Shown: positions 61,889-64,000 of the stretch, one piece after another
Position numbering within the stretch: the first letter of the stretch is position 1
Layout of the letters: every line of letters begins with the position of its first letter
NCBI GenBank assembly: GCA_043228905.1
Contig: JBHGNT010000001.1
Span: 22,630,001-22,694,000 of the forward strand
DNA from: Azolla caroliniana
Lineage: Eukaryota; Plantae; Polypodiophyta
Direction: 5' to 3'
DNA length: 64,000 nucleotides
The notes under the pieces: generated by a model
Told to the model about the DNA's origin: nothing
Seen by the model: only the letters and a program-made list of their open reading frames with translations
Databases searched by the model: none
Made by a program: the position numbers and the translations under genes

Positions 61889-64000
61889 TGTTGAGAAGCA
61901 AGCTCAACATGGTATGTGATGCTTATTGCGAAATAAGCTATAGTAGCTATTTAGCTACTTGTGAACATAAAGGAGAAACAACTAATTGGCTATTGACAAC
62001 TATTTAGTGATTGACAGCTAATTAGCTATAGGCAGCTAATTAGCTGCATATGTAAGTAACTTATTACTTAGGTAAAAAGTAAGAGAGTAGGTAAGTAAGA
62101 AATATATAGGAAGTAGAACTCTGAGAGAGAGTGAGGATAGAGAGGAAGAACTCAGAGAGTGAGAGTAGAAGAGAGAAACAGACGAGAGCAAGTAGAGCTT
62201 TGCGTGTAATGAAATAGAAGAAGTTTTGGCAGCTATAGAGGTAAGTCTCCTTCCCCCTTCCCTTCTGTCTTTGAGCACCAAACGATCCAGCACACCACGA
62301 TCCGCCGCGCACATAAGAAGAGCCCAAGTGCCTTCTTCACGTTTTCTTAACATGGTATCAGAGCGAGTTGCTCATAAAGAAGAGTACAAAAGTGCATAGA
62401 TCTGAGAAAGGTATTTCTCTGTTTGCTGATCTGAATCAGAAAGTTACTTGTTGAAGTAATCGTAGCAGAAACCCTAGTTTGGAAGAGATAATGGCTGCAA
62501 AGAATGCGGGCCAAATAGTTACAGAGAAACTAGATAAAAACAATTTCCCGGCGTGGAAATTTAGAATGACAAATTTCCTAATGGGGAAAGGATACTGGGA
62601 TTACATTGAAGGAGACCTAGAAGAGGCTCTGGAGATCCCAGAAGAAAATGCCACACCAGAACAGATTAAAGCATTTAAAGATTGGAATCAAGGGGCAAGG
62701 AAGGTAATGCATTGGCTCTCACTTAGCATCTCAGATTCAATGCTTGGGCACATACAGGATGTTATGCTCCCAAAAGAAGCTTGGGACAGTTTGGTAAAAC
62801 TGTTTGCAGTAAACACAAAAGCTAGAAAGCTACAGTTGAAGTCTGAGCTAAATACCTTAGAAAAAGGTAAGATGTCAATAAATGAGCATGCTTTGAAAAT
62901 AAAGAGCATATGTGAATCACTTGCTTCTATCAATGTAAAGATAGAAGATGATGATAAGGTAGAAATACGCTTGAGAGGCTTAGGACCTCAATACAAAAGC
63001 TTTAAAACCTCTATGCTTACAAGGGATAGTATCCCAAGTTTTCCAGATCTGGTTTCAATGCTTGTAGTAGAAGAAAGGAATCAGATGGATGATGTAAATA
63101 AAGGAAATCTTGAGAATGAGGGGCAAGCCCTATATAATAGTGCTGGAAGAGGCCGAGGAAGAGGCCATGAAAGATTTGGCTCAGCAAGAACCAACAATAA
63201 TGGTTATCAAGGAAGAGGACAACAAACCATTAGAGGAAGAAACAACAACAGAGGCAGGGGGAGCAACCAAGGTAGAGGTAAGCAAACATATGTAAATGAT
63301 GATGGCTGTTAGTATTGTGGAAAACCAGGCCACACACAGGCTGAATGTTACAAGAAGCAAAATGATGAGCAAAGAGGAAAGAGACAGCAGAATAACTATG
63401 CCCAAACTAGTGAAGATTGTGAAAAAGATGGTGCACCTATGCTACAACATGAGATAGCAGCAGTGGCTGAAAGCTCACAGAAATGTAATGAAGAGTTTAC
63501 AAGGTATGTAGACTCGGGGGCATCTAACCATATGACTGGACATGCAAACTGGTTTGAAAGGTTAAGAGAACCAGATATTCCTGGCTGTGTACAACCGGGT
63601 GATAATAGTACTCACCAAATAGAACATGTTGGAGATATCCCATTGTGGGAAGAAAAAGGAAAGTCTAAGTATATGTTGAATGTAATGCATGTTCCAAATC
63701 TTGTTAAGAATCTGATTTCTGTTGGACAGATAGTAGAGCAAGGTATGCAAGTAAAGTTTAAGCAAAGTGGATGCTATATAGAAAAGAATGGGAAGCTCAT
63801 TGCAAAAGGAAAACGACAAGGAAGAATGTTTATTTTGGATGTTGACATGCCTAGACAGATTTCAGCTATGTTTGCAAATGGAATGAGTGTAGTCTCAAAT
63901 GTGGAAATGTGGCATAAAAGGATTGGCCACATAAGTATGCAAACCCTAAAGAATATGTTGAGAAAAGATGCAATGGCTGGATTGCCAAAACTGAAAAATT
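61889..64000 (+). mobile_element. Copia element, 5' part (runs out of window)
   Basis: LTR 61889-62352 (TG...CA), iMet PBS 62353-62364. Confidence 0.9.
62491..64000 (+). pseudogene. Copia gag-protease-integrase start, with stop in zinc knuckle
   Basis: The gag ORF stops at TAG 63310-63312 within C*YCGKPGH...C, and the frame continues to YVDSGASNHM and WHKRIGH. Confidence 0.88.

Overview
Eukaryotic, intron-bearing, transposon-saturated heterochromatin-like DNA, probably from a non-seed land plant such as a moss (inferred from the iMet and Trp primer sites and the Tcn1-type chromovirus). No host gene, rRNA or true tRNA is visible. Most of the window is nested, decayed Ty1/copia and Ty3/gypsy LTR retrotransposons. 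The stand-out is an apparently intact ~9.0-kb cut-and-paste DNA transposon (4422-13394) with perfect 37-bp TIRs and a 4-bp TAGA target duplication. It encodes a 917-aa Sola-like DDD transposase and, divergently, a six-exon gene (~969 aa, not visible in the ORF track as one unit) that fuses a ParB/Srx-like domain to a prokaryote-type beta-class N4C/N6A DNA methyltransferase. Intron 1 of that gene holds ~22 regularly spaced copies of a 23-bp palindrome. A second, deleted relative (18496-22377) has the same AACAC termini, a 4-bp TSD, a relic of the transposase C-terminus, and palindromes with the same CGATRC-N3-GYATCG core at the same 51-bp spacing. All calls are by eye; no database searches were run.
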